Shown in pieces: positions 13,709 through 27,702 of a stretch of 64,000 nt of DNA. The position numbers and the translations under genes were made by a program. Below the pieces are notes generated by a model. The model saw only the letters and a program-made list of their open reading frames with translations, made no database searches and had not been told where the DNA came from. Every line of letters starts with the position of its first letter. Position 1 is the stretch's first letter. Location of the stretch: contig NC_057746.1 in assembly GCF_004010195.1 (NCBI RefSeq), forward strand, positions 22,165,850 through 22,229,849. The letters run 5' to 3'. This DNA is from Chiloscyllium plagiosum. Taxonomy: Eukaryota.

Positions 13709-14948
13709 AGAACATAGAATATAGAACATAGAAGAATACAGCGCAGTACAGGCCCTTCGGCCCTCGATGTTGCGCCGATCCAAGCCCACCTAACCTACAC
13801 TAGCCCACTATCCTCCATATGCCTATCCAATGCCCACTTAAATGCCCATAATGAGGGAGAGTCCACCACTGCTACTGGCAGGGCATTCCATGAACTCACG
13901 ACACGCTGAGTAAAGAACCTACCCCTAACATCTCTNNNNNNNNNNNNNNNNNNNNNNNNNNNNNNNNNNNNNNNNNNNNNNNNNNNNNNNNNNNNNNNNN
14001 NNNNNNNNNNNNNNNNNNNNNNNNNNNNNNNNNNNNNNNNNNNNNNNNNNNNNNNNNNNNNNNNNNNNNNNNNNNNNNNNNNNNNNNNNNNNNNNNNNNN
14101 NNNNNNNNNNNNNNNNNNNNNNNNNNNNNNNNNNNNNNNNNNNNNNNNNNNNNNNNNNNNNNNNNNNNNNNNNNNNNNNNNNNNNNNNNNNNNNNNNNNN
14201 NNNNNNNNNNNNNNNNNNNNNNNNNNNNNNNNNNNNNNNNNNNNNNNNNNNNNNNNNNNNNNNNNNNNNNNNNNNNNNNNNNNNNNNNNNNNNNNNNNNN
14301 NNNNNNNNNNNNNNNNNNNNNNNNNNNNNNNNNNNNNNNNNNNNNNNNNNNNNNNNNNNNNNNNNNNNNNNNNNNNNNNNNNNNNNNNNNNNNNNNNNNN
14401 NNNNNNNNNNNNNNNNNNNNNNNNNNNNNNNNNNNNNNNNNNNNNNNNNNNNNNNNNNNNNNNNNNNNNNNNNNNNNNNNNNNNNNNNNNNNNNNNNNNN
14501 NNNNNNNNNNNNNNNNNNNNNNNNNNNNNNNNNNNNNNNNNNNNNNNNNNNNNNNNNNNNNNNNNNNNNNNNNNNNNNNNNNNNNNNNNNNNNNNNNNNN
14601 NNNNNNNNNNNNNNNNNNNNNNNNNNNNNNNNNNNNNNNNNNNNNNNNNNNNNNNNNNNNNNNNNNNNNNNNNNNNNNNNNNNNNNNNNNNNNNNNNNNN
14701 NNNNNNNNNNNNNNNNAAGGTTTGTGAGGCACGACCTCCCTTCACAAAACCATGCTGACTATCCTTGATCACATTATTCCTATCCAGATGTTCATAAATC
14801 CTATCCCTTACAATTCTCTCTAAGATTTTGCCCACAACAGAAGTGAGACTCACCGGCCTATAGTTACCAGCGTTATCCCTACTCCCCTTCTTGAACAAGG
14901 GAACCACATTTGCCAGCCTCCAATCTTCTGGCACTACTCCTGTAGACA
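13709..14948 (-). mobile_element. Young 5'-truncated CR1 LINE spanning an assembly gap
   Basis: VPEDWRLANVVPLFKKG..NYRPVSLTSVVGK..SQHGFVKG and DVRGRFFTQRVV; 3' tandem tail (agaacat)n at 13709-13735; CpGs preserved. Confidence 0.95.
13936..14716. other. Assembly gap (781 N)
   Basis: Run of N. Confidence 1.
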
Positions 14949-15031
14949 AGTTAATTCTACTTATTGTACAACATTCCAAAACATTGCTATTTGCCCCTCT
15001 TGTCTGCTAATGATTCATGCTGAGTCACTTC

Positions 15032-15638
15032 TGTTATAGACCAGGCTAGATCCGCTCAAAAACTTTTGAGAAAGTATGCCAGACCTTTTTCTTTTATTTT
15101 CTTTTAGACAGATGTATAATGGATATTCCAGGAGTTATGCAGCTCGTCAAACCATTCAACTTGAAACAAGACAGAATTTATTTAAACATTACAAATGAAC
15201 CACGAACAAACAAAAACAGAATCTAGAATAACTTAATTGATTTCATAACCCAACCAACACGTTACTGCAACTTTTAAAGAAATCTGTTCTAACCCCTGCA
15301 ACATCCCACAAACACACCCGGTGCCAAAAGGTAAATCCCAACGCAGGTTCTTTTAGGCAGGAATTTTCAGACAAAACGTTCAAGTGAGACCTCTGTTGAA
15401 ACATGGTTCAACATTTCTTTTCATTGTAGATGGTTCTCTGGATCCCCCAGCAGTTTTTTTTTAACTACCTGCTTAAACTAAGCCAAATTAGGGGGGAAAA
15501 AACGTAAACTGAGAGAATTGGTCACACGCCTGCCATTGTTCAAAGTGACGAATTCCAGACAAATCAGCAAATCTAGATTTATCACTCCACTTTTAAAAAA
15601 GAGCAAAATAATCTTGTTAAATGGCCAGTTTCGTAACA
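15032..15638 (-). mobile_element. Solo Gypsy LTR (family A)
   Basis: TGTTA...TAACA termini; flanks cttc/tttc (near-4-bp TSD); homologous to the LTRs at 20375-20992 and 61937-62564. Confidence 0.85.
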
Positions 15639-16369
15639 TTTCCTTGGCATTTTTTTGTTAGTGGTCGCACTGCCTTCTCCTCTGAGGTGCAGCCTTAGGA
15701 GGAATGCCCGAGTGGAATGGGAAATGAATGACAGTGTTGACATTCCAAATCATGTTCTGTGCACATAGGCCAACAGTTGGAATCTAATCGAAAATTCAAT
15801 TATTCAATCAATGGTGATTTCAGCAACACCTTGTCGAACATTGCAGGTGATAATTATGGGCAAATTTCCTATGAATGGAAAAGAAGACGAAGTAATTTGA
15901 TAATGCAAATAGACAATTTCAATAATCATGCTTGTGTATATGGTTAAAAGAATATCTCGCACTATTGGAAATGTTTCTGATGATGCAATAAATATGGCAG
16001 ATGAAAAAAAATCCATCCAGCAACTATATGTCAACAATAGATAACCCAACGGATTTCCCCCAGCTCATGCACATGTTCAGGGCGATTATTTGATACATTT
16101 ACTCAAATTTGAGTATAATATCTCCATATGTCCTATCCAAGCTGGCATTTTTATTGATCCCGAGTAATCTTTTTTTCCAAACAAATATCTCTACACTTTT
16201 ACTTTGACATCGTTGCTTTCACTAGAATGCATAAATGTCACGCGTTAATTCTAAATCAATTTTGAAAGCATAAATGGCACATATTAATTTTAAATCAATT
16301 TTGGCCACTTGCAATTTTTTTTTTTGTAATTGGTTCTCCAAATGCCTCCACCCATTTTCTGATAATCCT

Positions 16370-17020
16370 TTCGAGGAGAACTAGATAACTCTGCCCCTCA
16401 ACCCTGATTGGTCGTTTTAAATCAGGGCTGGACATTTACATTTCTCTATATTCTTGTGCAATCTCCATGAATTTTTAATGATAGTTTAATTCCAGATCTG
16501 TCAATTTGCGACAAACTTGTTGATGGTGAAACTTCCTCAACACTTTAGGGTAGAGAATTCAAAAGGTTGGTGCATTTTTAGAGAACATTCTACTCATTTT
16601 CGCGCTAAATGCATGCTTTTTACACTTAGACTATGTCCCTTGCTTCGTAATTCAACAGCCAGGGAAAAGCATCTTCGCTGCAGCTATTTTGTCTATATCT
16701 TTCAACATTTGGAAGATTTTTAAGGTTGATCCACTACTTATAACCTCTTACTGTTGATGCTAAAACATCATTTCACTTATGAATCCCTTGCTCTTCTTAC
16801 CTGCTACCTATAAGTGACGTATAAACAAGAATGTTGGGATACTTTGCACTTTTAGCACTTTCGAGTTTCTTACCATTTAAGATACTCGCTGCAGCTTCCA
16901 TCTTCATACCAAAGTGTATGACGTTCCATTTGTCCACATAATATGCCATGCACTCTTGCCCACTCAGTCTGCTTAAGACTACTTGGAGTGTAGTTTCTTC
17001 CTCCTCGCAATTTACATTCC
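16370..17020 (-). mobile_element. Old CR1-like LINE fragments
   Basis: MAYYVDKWNVIHFG..YILNG-like motif in ORF 16797-17075; related sequence resumes at ~19830-20330. Confidence 0.5.
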
Positions 17021-17023
17021 TAT

Positions 17024-17385
17024 TGTTACAACACAATGTAAACCTCCCCCTTCCCCCACTAATGTGATCCAGCAATACAGAAAAGATTTATCACGTGCAA
17101 TAATTTATGAAAATTAGAGAGGCTAAGAAGTTTCCCAGAAGTCGCTATTTAAAGTAAAGTTAACAACTTTTTTAAGTCCATCAGAAAATACTGACTACCA
17201 ACTATTATTTTCCCCTGCACAATTCCCATCTGTTAAAACCCCCAATTAAGACTTACTGAAAAATTCAAATTTCAAAACCAGCCAGCTGTCGAACCTTCTC
17301 TTTGTACCTTCCTCTATAGATTTGCTGTCCGGGTTGCTGTTGATGTTGTTTTTTGATCTGTGCAAACGCTTTCTGTGGACAGTTT
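17024..17385 (-). mobile_element. Partial Gypsy LTR (family B)
   Basis: Reverse complement of the 3' half of LTR 25044-25832 (tgttacaacac..aaacctc..; ccagctgtc..ttct). Confidence 0.7.
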
Positions 17386-17520
17386 AAGTGAATTTGTCAT
17401 GCTAAATTGCCCATTAATGTAGGTTATAAGTCAGGGTAAATATAAGGTAGCGGGATGGGTTACTCTTCAGAGGCTGGGGTTGGACTGAAGGGCCTGTTTC
17501 CACACTGTAAGACTTCTAAC
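17386..17520 (+). mobile_element. HE1/V-SINE 3' half
   Basis: gtgaatttgtcatgctaaattgccc...gggcctgtttccacactgta matches the SINE at 32514. Confidence 0.75.
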
Positions 17521-19760
17521 TCGTATGTCACGAACACCAATAGCAACTTTAAATGATTTTGGTGAAGATAAAACTGGAGCAGTGAATAGTATTGCTTTCA
17601 AATTGTCGAATGCCTCCTAGCATTTTTCTGTCCATAAAACCTTTGTGTTCTTCTTCAGCAAATCGGTTAACGGTGCCAGTACACTGCAGAAGTTTGGAAC
17701 AAACTTCCAATAGAATCTGCTGAGTCCTAACAATCGAAGCAGCTCTTTCTTCGAGGTTAGTCTTGGAACTTCCTTGATGGGCTTCATCTTTGCGCTCCAT
17801 GAGACCAATCCTCCATGGCTGATGTTATGTCCCAAGAACGTTTCCACTGCTTTCGTGAATTCTGTTTTGTTTAAGTTTATTACTAGTTTTGCTTCTCTTG
17901 TCATTCAAAAAGATTGGCCAATTGTACCATGTGATCTTTCCAGGACTTACTAGAGATCACTACATCGTCCAAATAGACTGCATTGTTTGCTAACCCAGCC
18001 ACAACTCTGTTCATGAGTCGTTGGAATGTGGCAGATGTGTTCTCAATTCCAAAGGGTATCATTTAAATTGATATCGCCCATTTGGAGTTACCAACCCAGA
18101 AATATCTTTTGCCAACTCTGATTAAGTTACTGCCAGTAACCACGCATTAAGTCTAACTTGGTGATGCATCTGCATTGTCTGACTCTCCTGATACAGTCCT
18201 CCAATCTAGGAACTGGATATGAATACAATTTTGTAATGACGTTGAGGTTCCAATAATCCATGCAGAACCATTGAGTCCCATCTGGTTTGGGAACCAAGAC
18301 GATCAGCGAATTCCACTCGCTCTGGCTTAGGTCAATGATATTCTCATCGAGCATAACCTCCACCTCCTTCTGGACCTGTCTGGAATTGAAAGGATTAAGC
18401 CAATACGGGTGTTGTTTTATCGGAGCAGTATTCTCTACTTCTACTTCATATACAATAACATTAATCCTCACCATCTGTTTCTTACATATGCCCTTATACT
18501 ACAGTAACAACTTTTTCAACTGCCTTCTATGCAACTGAGACAGATTCTTTACTAACATTATCCACTCCTCAAGGACTTCTACATGTTTTAATCTATCTTG
18601 AGGCACACCAAAATCCACATCATCTGGATTTGATTTCTAGCTCTGCAGGGATGTAACTAACACCTGTTTCTCCAGTTTTTTTCTCTCTCCTCGTTCTCTA
18701 CCAATTGTAATCCGCATGAAAGGTTCTTCAAATGTGGGCATTGAAAACAACGGTTCTGGTTTTATTGCAGCTGTGGCTTATCAATGATTTGGCATATAAT
18801 ACACGTACAGCAAATGTTAACCACATGCTTGTGCATTCCAGGCCAATAAAAAATATTTTTGTATCTTAGCCTGAGTCTTTTTTACCTCTAGGTGACAACC
18901 TAAAGGATTTACATGTGCTACCTGCAACATCTCCTGTCTCTATGTTACTGGCAACACAATCTGGTACACTTCGATCCATTTCTCCTCTGCACTAACATGC
19001 CATCGCCTCCATTTTCGTCTTGGATTCTATCTTTCAGATAATAACCCTCCAGAATATTCTCTGTTCCTTTTCAAAGTACGCATCCACGTATATATCTTTT
19101 ATCATCTTGTCTTGCTGTTGCAAGTCCCTTAGCCTTTCAAGACCAAACACTGCTGTCTGACTCTCTGCCTGTTCAGGTTTTACTGCACCATTACATCAAA
19201 CAGGATGCCCATTAACTGAACTTCAACTCCTTCGTCTTTCTCTGTAGTTTTTGGTTCGTGCTGTGACTTATGATAGTGAGATCTGGTTGCTACACGGTCT
19301 GGGAAATACCAAGATATTTCTATTTTAACTCTTCAGTTTCTTGGTCTTCCTTGGGCTTCTCCACAGCAAGGGGCACATCGTCCCCACCTTAGAACCTGCT
19401 AAATCATTCCCAAAAACAAACTGAACTTCTGGAATTGACACTCTGTCAATTGTGCCCACTGTAATTTCCCCAGTCTTGAGTTGACACGCCAACCTGATTT
19501 TACTTAGGGAAAGCTACATTTCTGCCCATCTATCGCACAAATTACCATGCACCACATAACAGGTCAAAAATAGTGCATATTCGCTCATCTCTTACTATCA
19601 GTGACTGGTTAAATCCTGTATCTCTCAAAACTAGAACTTCCTGTCCTTCTCCCCCTGTTCTTTCTAAGTAATCTTTACCTACAGAGGCGAATTCTTTGGA
19701 GAGATCAGGTATTAATTCCATACACAGCCTCTGCTGAGACTGTGCAGTATCCTGCAGCTA
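17521..19760 (-). mobile_element. Gmr1-like Gypsy internal remnant: PR - IN N-terminus - [deletion] - RT
   Basis: LVLRDTGF protease at ~19610-19633; HHCC zinc finger (AH..CHL..FYWPGM..C..C) at ~18790-18920; RT PIKQHPY..TKLDLMRGYWQ at 18127-18474; YLDD at ~17965-17976; FLGH..LGLSRFYWKFVPNF. Confidence 0.9.
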
Positions 19761-20374
19761 GATTTTTAGCATAAAAAAATTTGGAAATATTAGAATTGTC
19801 ATGCATACTAAAATTAACTATAAGGCATTGGGTTGAAGCAGCGATCCTTGCCTGGCAGCATGAAAATATTACATTTACTCCTATTCTGTTTTCTGGCTGT
19901 AAAACAGTCTTTAATCCATGCTAAAATGTTATCATCTATCCCATGCACTTTAAATATGCTCTCTATTCTTCAATATGGAATTTTAACAACACTTTTCTGA
20001 AAATCTAAAAATACGACAATCCCAGATCCAACTTCATTAACTCTGCTAGTAACATCTACATAAAATTTCAATTAGGTTTGTCAAACTTTATACCTACTTC
20101 ATTATAGCCATCTTGAATCTTCGAATCAGGCATTCATTTCCATATACCCTGAACCATATTCTTTATTTATATTTTGTTTAAAATGTTCGCTTCTGATGAT
20201 GTCAGGTTATTACATTTGAAATTCCTGATTTCTTTTTCTCATCTCTCCAACAGTGGGATTGCATTTACAACGCTGTAATCTGCAAGCAACTTTGTAGAAT
20301 TGATAAGAATTTTGAAACATGATCAGCAAGCATTCCCAGTTGTGGGTACGTTCGCTGAGCTGGGATGTTGATTT

Positions 20375-20992
20375 TGTTATGGACTAAGCAAGACCACTCA
20401 AAACATTCTGAAGCAGGGAGCTCAGACTATAGCTTTGCAATTTGTATCAGTAATTGTGCAATGAAAATTACCCTAAGTTAGCTAGGTTGGCTGCCAGGTT
20501 TTAAAACAGACAAACCATTATTCACAAACTTACACAATGAAGCACAAACAGCAGAATAAAGAACCCCTAGAGATTTCAGTCTATCCAAACTAGAGCTAAT
20601 TATGCTGTTTCGAATATACAAAACCATCCCAAGAAGCAAACCCCCTTAAAAAACCGTACAAATGGAACAAATGCTTACAGGTTCAAGTTAGAAGCGCAGA
20701 AGGAGACAGAGAACCCGTTCACACAATCCACTGCTTACCTACTAACTAGTTCTGGACTGAACTGCTCAGCAACAGAGCTGACCACTCCCCCTTTCATTAT
20801 ACAGGTCACTTCTACAATTGACCACTTTGGCCTGAAGTCTCATCTGTTTTAATATAAACAAAAAAGGCTTCTCTGTACCAAACCAGTCCAATCGGAACCG
20901 GGAGGGTTTTATGACCCCTCTTGAAAAAAAACTAAGGACACAACCTTGAGAAAAGAAACAGCTTTTAGAAAAACGAGACCAGTTTTGTAACA
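20375..20992 (-). mobile_element. 3' LTR of a Gmr1-like element (family A)
   Basis: TGTTA...TAACA termini; purine tract on the - strand at 20993-21005 directly upstream. Confidence 0.9.
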
Positions 20993-23330
20993 TCTACCCC
21001 CTTAAGAAAATAGAACGATCAATATAAAAAGTTGGCTTCATTTTTAAAAGCGTTCAAAACCCGGTTAGTAGTCTAAACACACATACACTATACTAACTAT
21101 AAACATGCAAACATGCAAAACCACATGCAAAGTCAGGCCGTGGGAAACCCCCTTCTGAACGCCTCCATATCTCATTCGCGTCTCAATACACATCAGCAAT
21201 CACGTTTTGCGACCTGCCACATGCACCATTGTCAAATGAAATGACGATAACGCCAAGCTCCATCTAAACAGTCTGGCATTTCTTTCCTCAAATATTTCCA
21301 TCAATGTTAATCGGTATGGTCAGTGTATACAATTGTCTCCGATGCATTACTGGTAATATAAACACAGAAATGTTGTAATGCCAACACCAAGCTTAAAGTC
21401 TCTTTCTCCACCGTTACATATTGCTGTTGATGTGTATTCAACTTGCTGAAAAAATACCTGATAGGTATATTTATTTCCTCATCATCCTCTGGCAGGAGTA
21501 CTGCACAGACACCCACATCACTGGCATCGATACCAACCTTGAAAGGCTTCATGTAATTCGATGACCTAATAATGGGGCAATGGTTAACACAGTTTTTAGG
21601 CTGTTAAATGTCTTTTGTCAGTCTGCTGTCTTCAGAAACGTCTTATCCTTTTTGAACAATTCGGTGAGTGGAGCAGCCTGACTGTTAAAGTGTGGCACAA
21701 ATAGCACAAACTTTTGGTAAAATCTACTCAATCCAAAGAACCGTAGTACCAATTCACCAATTACTTTCGTTTTCACATCCCATTAGGCCATTTGTCCGTG
21801 TCCAATAAGATGGCCCAGGAAGGAGACTTGGGCTTTGGCAAATTCACTTTTAGCTAAATTTACCACCAAGCTTACCTTCCAAATTTGATTGAACAAGTCT
21901 GATAAATCCTGTCAATGTTCCTTCCATGAGTGACTAAAAATCACCAGGTCATCAATATACACCACACAGTTGGGTAACCCGGCAATGACCTTAGTAGTCG
22001 TCTCTTGAACAGTGGCTGGACCGTTTTTCATGCCAAATGGCATAACTATGACCTGATATGGCCTTTTGCCATTACAGAAGCTGGAATTGCCTTTGCTGTC
22101 TCTGGCAGTGGTGCTTGCTAGTAGCCTCTGAGCGAATCCTACTGAGAAGTGCAGGTTGTTTACCACACTTTTTTTGACACAGCCCTCCAATAGTAGAATT
22201 GGACGTGCATCAGTCTTTGTGATGGCGTTGACTTTGCGATAGTCCACACATAACCATTGGGTTTCCTCTGACTTTGGCGTCATGACTGTGGGTGAGCTCC
22301 AGTGAATGTAACTCACTTCGATTATGCCATCTTGGAGCATGCACTCCATTTCCTTCTGAACTTGTGCCAACTTTAGAGGGCTATGCCAAAAAATATTTTG
22401 CGAAATCAGAACACCATTTCCTATCTCTACGTCATGCACAATTAGTTTAGAACTTCCCAGTTTATTTCCATGTATCTCCTCATGTGGTAACAATAACTCT
22501 TTGAGGTCATTTCGATTTTCTTGTGGAAGTTAACTCAATACTTTATCCAAATGTTTAACAACTTCATTGTGCAATTTGATTTGAGGAATGTCCAATTCAG
22601 AATCCTCTGAACTTGGTTCTTCTTTCTGAGCTGTAATCACTAACACCTTCTCCTGTTGCTTTCCTTCCCTATCAAGACACCTTTTGAGCATATTCACATG
22701 ACATACTCTGTGATATTTCTTCCTGTCTGGAGCCCTTTTCAAGTAGTTCATCTCACTCCATTTCTTCTCGATTTGATATGGTCCACTAAACCATGGCTTT
22801 AAAGGCTCACCTGTTACTGGAAGTAACACCAATACCTTATCCCCAATTGCAAAATTGCGAATTTGTGATTTCGTATCCTCTTCCTACTTCACTGTATGTT
22901 GTGATACTTTTAAATTCTGTCTAGCCAACTCTCCAGCTCTATCTACTCATTCTCTAAAATTTGACACATAGAGCAAATGTGATCTCTGAATTATGACTTA
23001 TTAATTTTTATGTAATCAATTTTAATGGTTCACTTACTTCATGACCAAAACTTAATTCAATTGAACTGAATTTGATCGATTCGTTCGGTGAATCTCTGAT
23101 TGCAAATAGTACAAATGGCACTCACTTATCCTAATCATTCAGATTATTCTGACCATAAGCACTCAACATGGTCTTTAGTGTTTGACGCCATCTCACTAGC
23201 GGTCCCAGCAATACTGGATGGTATGCAATAGATTTGAATAGCTTTATTCCCAAGTTATCCATAACAACTTTGAATAGTTTGGATGTGAAGTTTTATCCTT
23301 GATCTGACTGGATCTCTATTGGCAGTTCTC
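20993..23330 (-). mobile_element. Gmr1-like Gypsy pol remnant: IN core/GPY - RT - RNase H - PPT
   Basis: IQSDQG..AYHP (23000-23320); FSGPYQI..CHVNMLK (22530-22832); MPFGMKNGPAT..YIDD (21912-22493); IDASDVG..EKE.L..YTDH (21307-21552). Confidence 0.92.
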
Positions 23331-23869
23331 TGAAATATTGTCCTGAAGCCAACTATGACATGATTGACACTGGCATGAGGGAGGTAACATATTACCTTGG
23401 TCTCACTGAAAGAAGTGTCTCTTTTCTTAATTTTGTATTGCGAAACACGATACAAATTCCACTCTTGCTCACCCCTACTTGTGCAATTGAACCATTTAGG
23501 CCCATAGGCTTATCTATCATGGCATTCTCTGATGAATCAACAGTCTTCCCAGTATAGAAAATGAAAAAAATAACAACTTTTTGACTCTGATATTTTTAAA
23601 CTGACTAGTGGTCACCAATTCTCTCTGTCTGTTTGGTCCTAATCTGCAGCAATACTGTGTTAAAAGAAGTATTATTCATGATGTTCTCAGTTTTACGGTA
23701 AATCAAAGTAATTCAGCTACTGCTGAAATCCCAGGGCTCAAGGTTTGCAGCTGGAGACATTTCCCGTAGATGTCGTCATCAGGGCCACATGAATAATCGA
23801 CCATTTTTCAAATGGCACAGGAAGGACATTTCATTTCAGCTGTCATTTTGAAAGCAGAGCATAGGAAAC

Positions 23870-26830
23870 TAGGCATTTCAATTTAGTGATCGTCATACAA
23901 CACATAAAAAGGCCTGTTTGTTCAACTCGACCATGTCGACTAAATTTACTAAACTGCACTAATTCCATTTTCCTGCAATTAGCCCATACCCCTCTAACAA
24001 TCCCTATCCATGTGCACACCCAAACGTCACTAAATTGTAGTAACTGTATCATCTCTGACACTTCCTCTAGCGGCTTGTCCCACATATCCATATGTTGCCC
24101 TCCAGGTCCCTTTTAAATCCTTCTCTTCTCATTTTAAACTTTTGCCCTCTAGATTTGAATTCCCCTATCCTGGGGTAAAGACTTTGGTTATTCATCTGAT
24201 CTATGCCCATCGTAATTTTATAAAACTTCATAGGTCACGCTCAGTCTCCTACACTCCATGGAAAAGAAGTCCTTTCCTCTCCTTATAAATTAAACCTTCA
24301 AATCTAGGTAAGGTCATTGTATATCTTTTTTACACCTTCTCCATGTAAATAACATCCATCTTATAGCAGGGCGATCAGAGTTGTATGCAATAGTCCAAAC
24401 GTGGATTTATCAATTGTTATGAAGTTGAAGGCATATATGGGACCTTTAAGAGAGCACTAATTTTAGTGACACCAATTTTTTTGAAACCCTTCACCGTTGT
24501 ATTCGATGCTAGCGATATAGCAGTTGGAGTTGTACTGCTACAGGAAGATGATAATGGAAATAAACGGCCAATTGACTACTTTTCAAAAAATTTCAGTGCC
24601 CACCACAGAAACTACTCTACCATCGGAAAGGAATTATTGAATTTGGTACTGGCCTTACAACACTTTAATGTTTATATGACGAACAATGTGTTGGAGATGG
24701 TTATGTACACAGACCACGATGCTCTTACATTCTTGGAAAGATTTAACGACAAAAATGTGAGACTATCTTGTTGGATCTTATGTTACAATTTTTTTATTGA
24801 CAAATTGTGCATATTCTGGGTCGTACCAATGTGTTAGTCCATGCATTATCGTGGATTTAAAGATAAAAGTGAAGATAAGATTTGACTGATAGCAATATTA
24901 TGTATACATGCAGAAATTAATATGGAAAGTATAATTTAGATTTATGACCTATATATTTCATCGTAATGGGGTTTAAGAATTATAAAAAAATGAAGCAATC
25001 TTTTCATTATGATGGTTCATTTGTTTTTCTTGCGGGGTAGCAGTGTTATAAAGTTGAAGTTATATACTGTGCGTTTAACAGAGGGAGAATGTTGTTTTGA
25101 ACTGAGAGATTACACACACCTGTATACATAATCAGATGGCAGTGCCAGAGCATGCTGGAAACTTGAAAATATGCAACATTTGGCAGTAAAATTGATACGT
25201 GAGTTTTGGTTGCTTATTTGACCACAAATCTATTTTTACCAATCAGTTTAAATTATGGCTCATGATACTAAAACCCATCAAGTTTGAATTTATTGTTTTG
25301 CCAACATTGAACCAATGAGATGTTGGAGAATATAAAATGCAGATATTTTGAAAATTTGTCAGGGAGCAACTGCCATCGAGACTGAAACGTGTGGAGATAT
25401 AGAATCTTTCTCTCCAATAAATTCAGAAACACTCTTGATCAAAGGTACATTTTCATATGAAACATGCTCGCAGTAAAAAGAAAGAAGACGACCCAGGGAG
25501 ATCTTCATCCAGAAGAAGATAGACACAGAAGACGACAGCAGCTATTGGTTTTGGAATTAAGCTGACATAATTTTTAATATGTATCTTATTGGAAGAACAC
25601 AATTTTAGAGAGCTGGAGGCAGATAATAAGCAGATAAGAGAAGGGGGGATTTAGAGTTGTGAATAGTTGTTCAAAATCCACTTTTATAATTAAAAATAAA
25701 TTCATGTGATTTTTTTTAAAAGAACAGGAATTTGGGAGCTTTCTGCCTGATATTGTAACAGATTAAGAGGGAGGTGAGCCTTTCCTGGTGTTCGGCTTAA
25801 TTAACAGAGGGGTTCACCTAAGTGTAGTAACACAATGTCTTGTACACTTATCATATGACCTACCAACTCCTACACGACGTGCTCTCACTGACGAAGGCAA
25901 GCGTTCCAAATGCTGTCTCTGCCCTGGTTTATCTTATCAAAATGCAGCACATTGCTTTTATCTAAACTAAACTCCATCTGCCGTTCCTTAGCCTACTGGC
26001 CCAGTTGATCAAGATCCTGCTGTACTGTTACATCGCCTTCCTCAATGTCCACTATTCCACCAATTTTTCTGTCATCCATAAACTTAGTCACCATTCTTCC
26101 TATATTCTCATTTAAATTGTTTCGAGTAACAACAGATCCAATATCCTCGCAGCCCATTGTTGGTCACTGTCCTCCATTCCATACAGCAACCCTCCACCCC
26201 CATCTGCTGTTACATACCAACCAGTCAATTTTGTATCCAAATGGCTAACACTACTTGGATCCTGTATGATCTAATTTGACTAACCAGTTTATCGTATACA
26301 GCTTTGTCGAAGGCCTTGCTAATGTCCATGCGTAGAACGCCAACTGCCTTCATCCATCTTCTCAGTCACCTCTTCAAAAAATAATCTAGTTTGTGAGACA
26401 CGACTTGCCACACGCAAAGCCATGCTGAATGTACCAAATCACTCCTAGCTTTTCGAATGCATGTAGATGCTGCCTCTCAGAATCTCTCCAACAACCTACA
26501 CACCACTGATGTTAGGTTCACGAATTTGCAATTGCCTGGATTTTCATTGCAGCCTTTCTTAAATAATAAGGTTAAATAAAATCATCCACCGTTCAATCTT
26601 TGGACATTTCATCCCTGATTGTCCATGGTACAGATTTCTACTCTTGGGGCCCTAAACGTTATTTGCTACCTTCCCACAGTGTCCTCTGATACACTTGATC
26701 AGGTATTGGAGTTTTATCAATGTTGATGCGTTTAACACGTTAACATCTCCTCTTCTGAAATGTAAACACTTGTAAAGACATCACTATTTATTTCCCTGAG
26801 TACCCTGGATTCCATGTTTTTCTCCAGTGA
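23870..26830 (-). mobile_element. CR1 LINE interrupted by the LTR element at 24415-25832
   Basis: 3' tail at 23870-24414 and RT motifs at 25837-26830 (FSKAFDK, GKSCLTN, QHGF); removing the insertion restores ...ggatttatcaatgtcttgtaca. Confidence 0.85.
24415..25832 (+). mobile_element. Internally deleted Gmr1-like element (family B): 5' LTR stub + RNase H + PPT + 3' LTR (25044-25832)
   Basis: TSD caat at 24411-24414 and 25833-25836; tgttatgaagttgaag vs tgttataaagttgaag; RNase H VFDASDIAVG..KELL..YTDH in ORF 24466-24837. Confidence 0.9.
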
Positions 26831-27099
26831 CTTCACACTCTTTTTGATGATGTTGTGGCAAGAACTGCATCTACATCTGAGTATTATCTAATCAATTTTC
26901 AGTTTATCCCTCTAGAAATGAGCCGTAATTTTCGTGTGTGTGTGTGTGTGTTTTCTAAAATTTACGACAAACTTCAGTTATTCATTTACATATTTATATG
27001 TAGGCCCCATTTCTGTTCCAAACATCCAATGTTATTGTGCATTGAAAAGGGCAAAGTTGGAAAAGGATTATGCATATAAAAGGGGGGAATATTCAGAGG

Positions 27100-27640
27100 G
27101 ATAGCGTTAATGAGAGACCTTCAATGAATAACAAGTATACCCTGCAGATGCCAGATGGGTAGGTAAAGTGGGGAAGCATGTAATTAAATGAAATATATAT
27201 GACTGTTCCAGTGAGAGCAGAGAACAAACTTACCCGGGTTTCAAAATGCACAATGAGGACATAGTGGATATTCTATTGTTGTTTTAATTAGAATCGATGA
27301 GGGTGAGGGACGATTTAATTGAGATCTACAAAATAATGAGGAGCTGGGAAGTTCTGGTTTAGTAACAAGTAGCTGGGACATAGGTTTCAGGTGAGCGACA
27401 GAAGGATGCTAGGAACATGAGGGAATGCTTCTCTGCTCAAAGCTTGATAGATGGTTGGAATTCACTGCCGATTTTGGTGAATGGGATGCAAGCTCTCAAC
27501 TTGCTTTTGAAGGAAATTGATACTCTCCCCAAATCCCTCTGCTCTATAAGAATTGGTGCTTGAAAATGGCATAATAAGTCGGTGGCTAGTTAATTCAAAT
27601 CCAATGAATCCGAATAGACTCTTTATGTTGTGTAATGCTT
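27100..27640 (+). mobile_element. Decayed CR1 3' fragment
   Basis: RVRDDLIEIYKIMR-like stretch at ~27300. Confidence 0.6.
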
Positions 27641-27702
27641 GTCTTTCTGTGAGAACACAGGAGAAGCCTTTTCTCTCTACAATAACATACTACTTCACAC
27701 AT

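Noticed and set aside
13795-14979. 394-aa and 278-aa ORFs
   Set aside because: Artefacts of translating through the N gap; the flanks are CR1 ORF2
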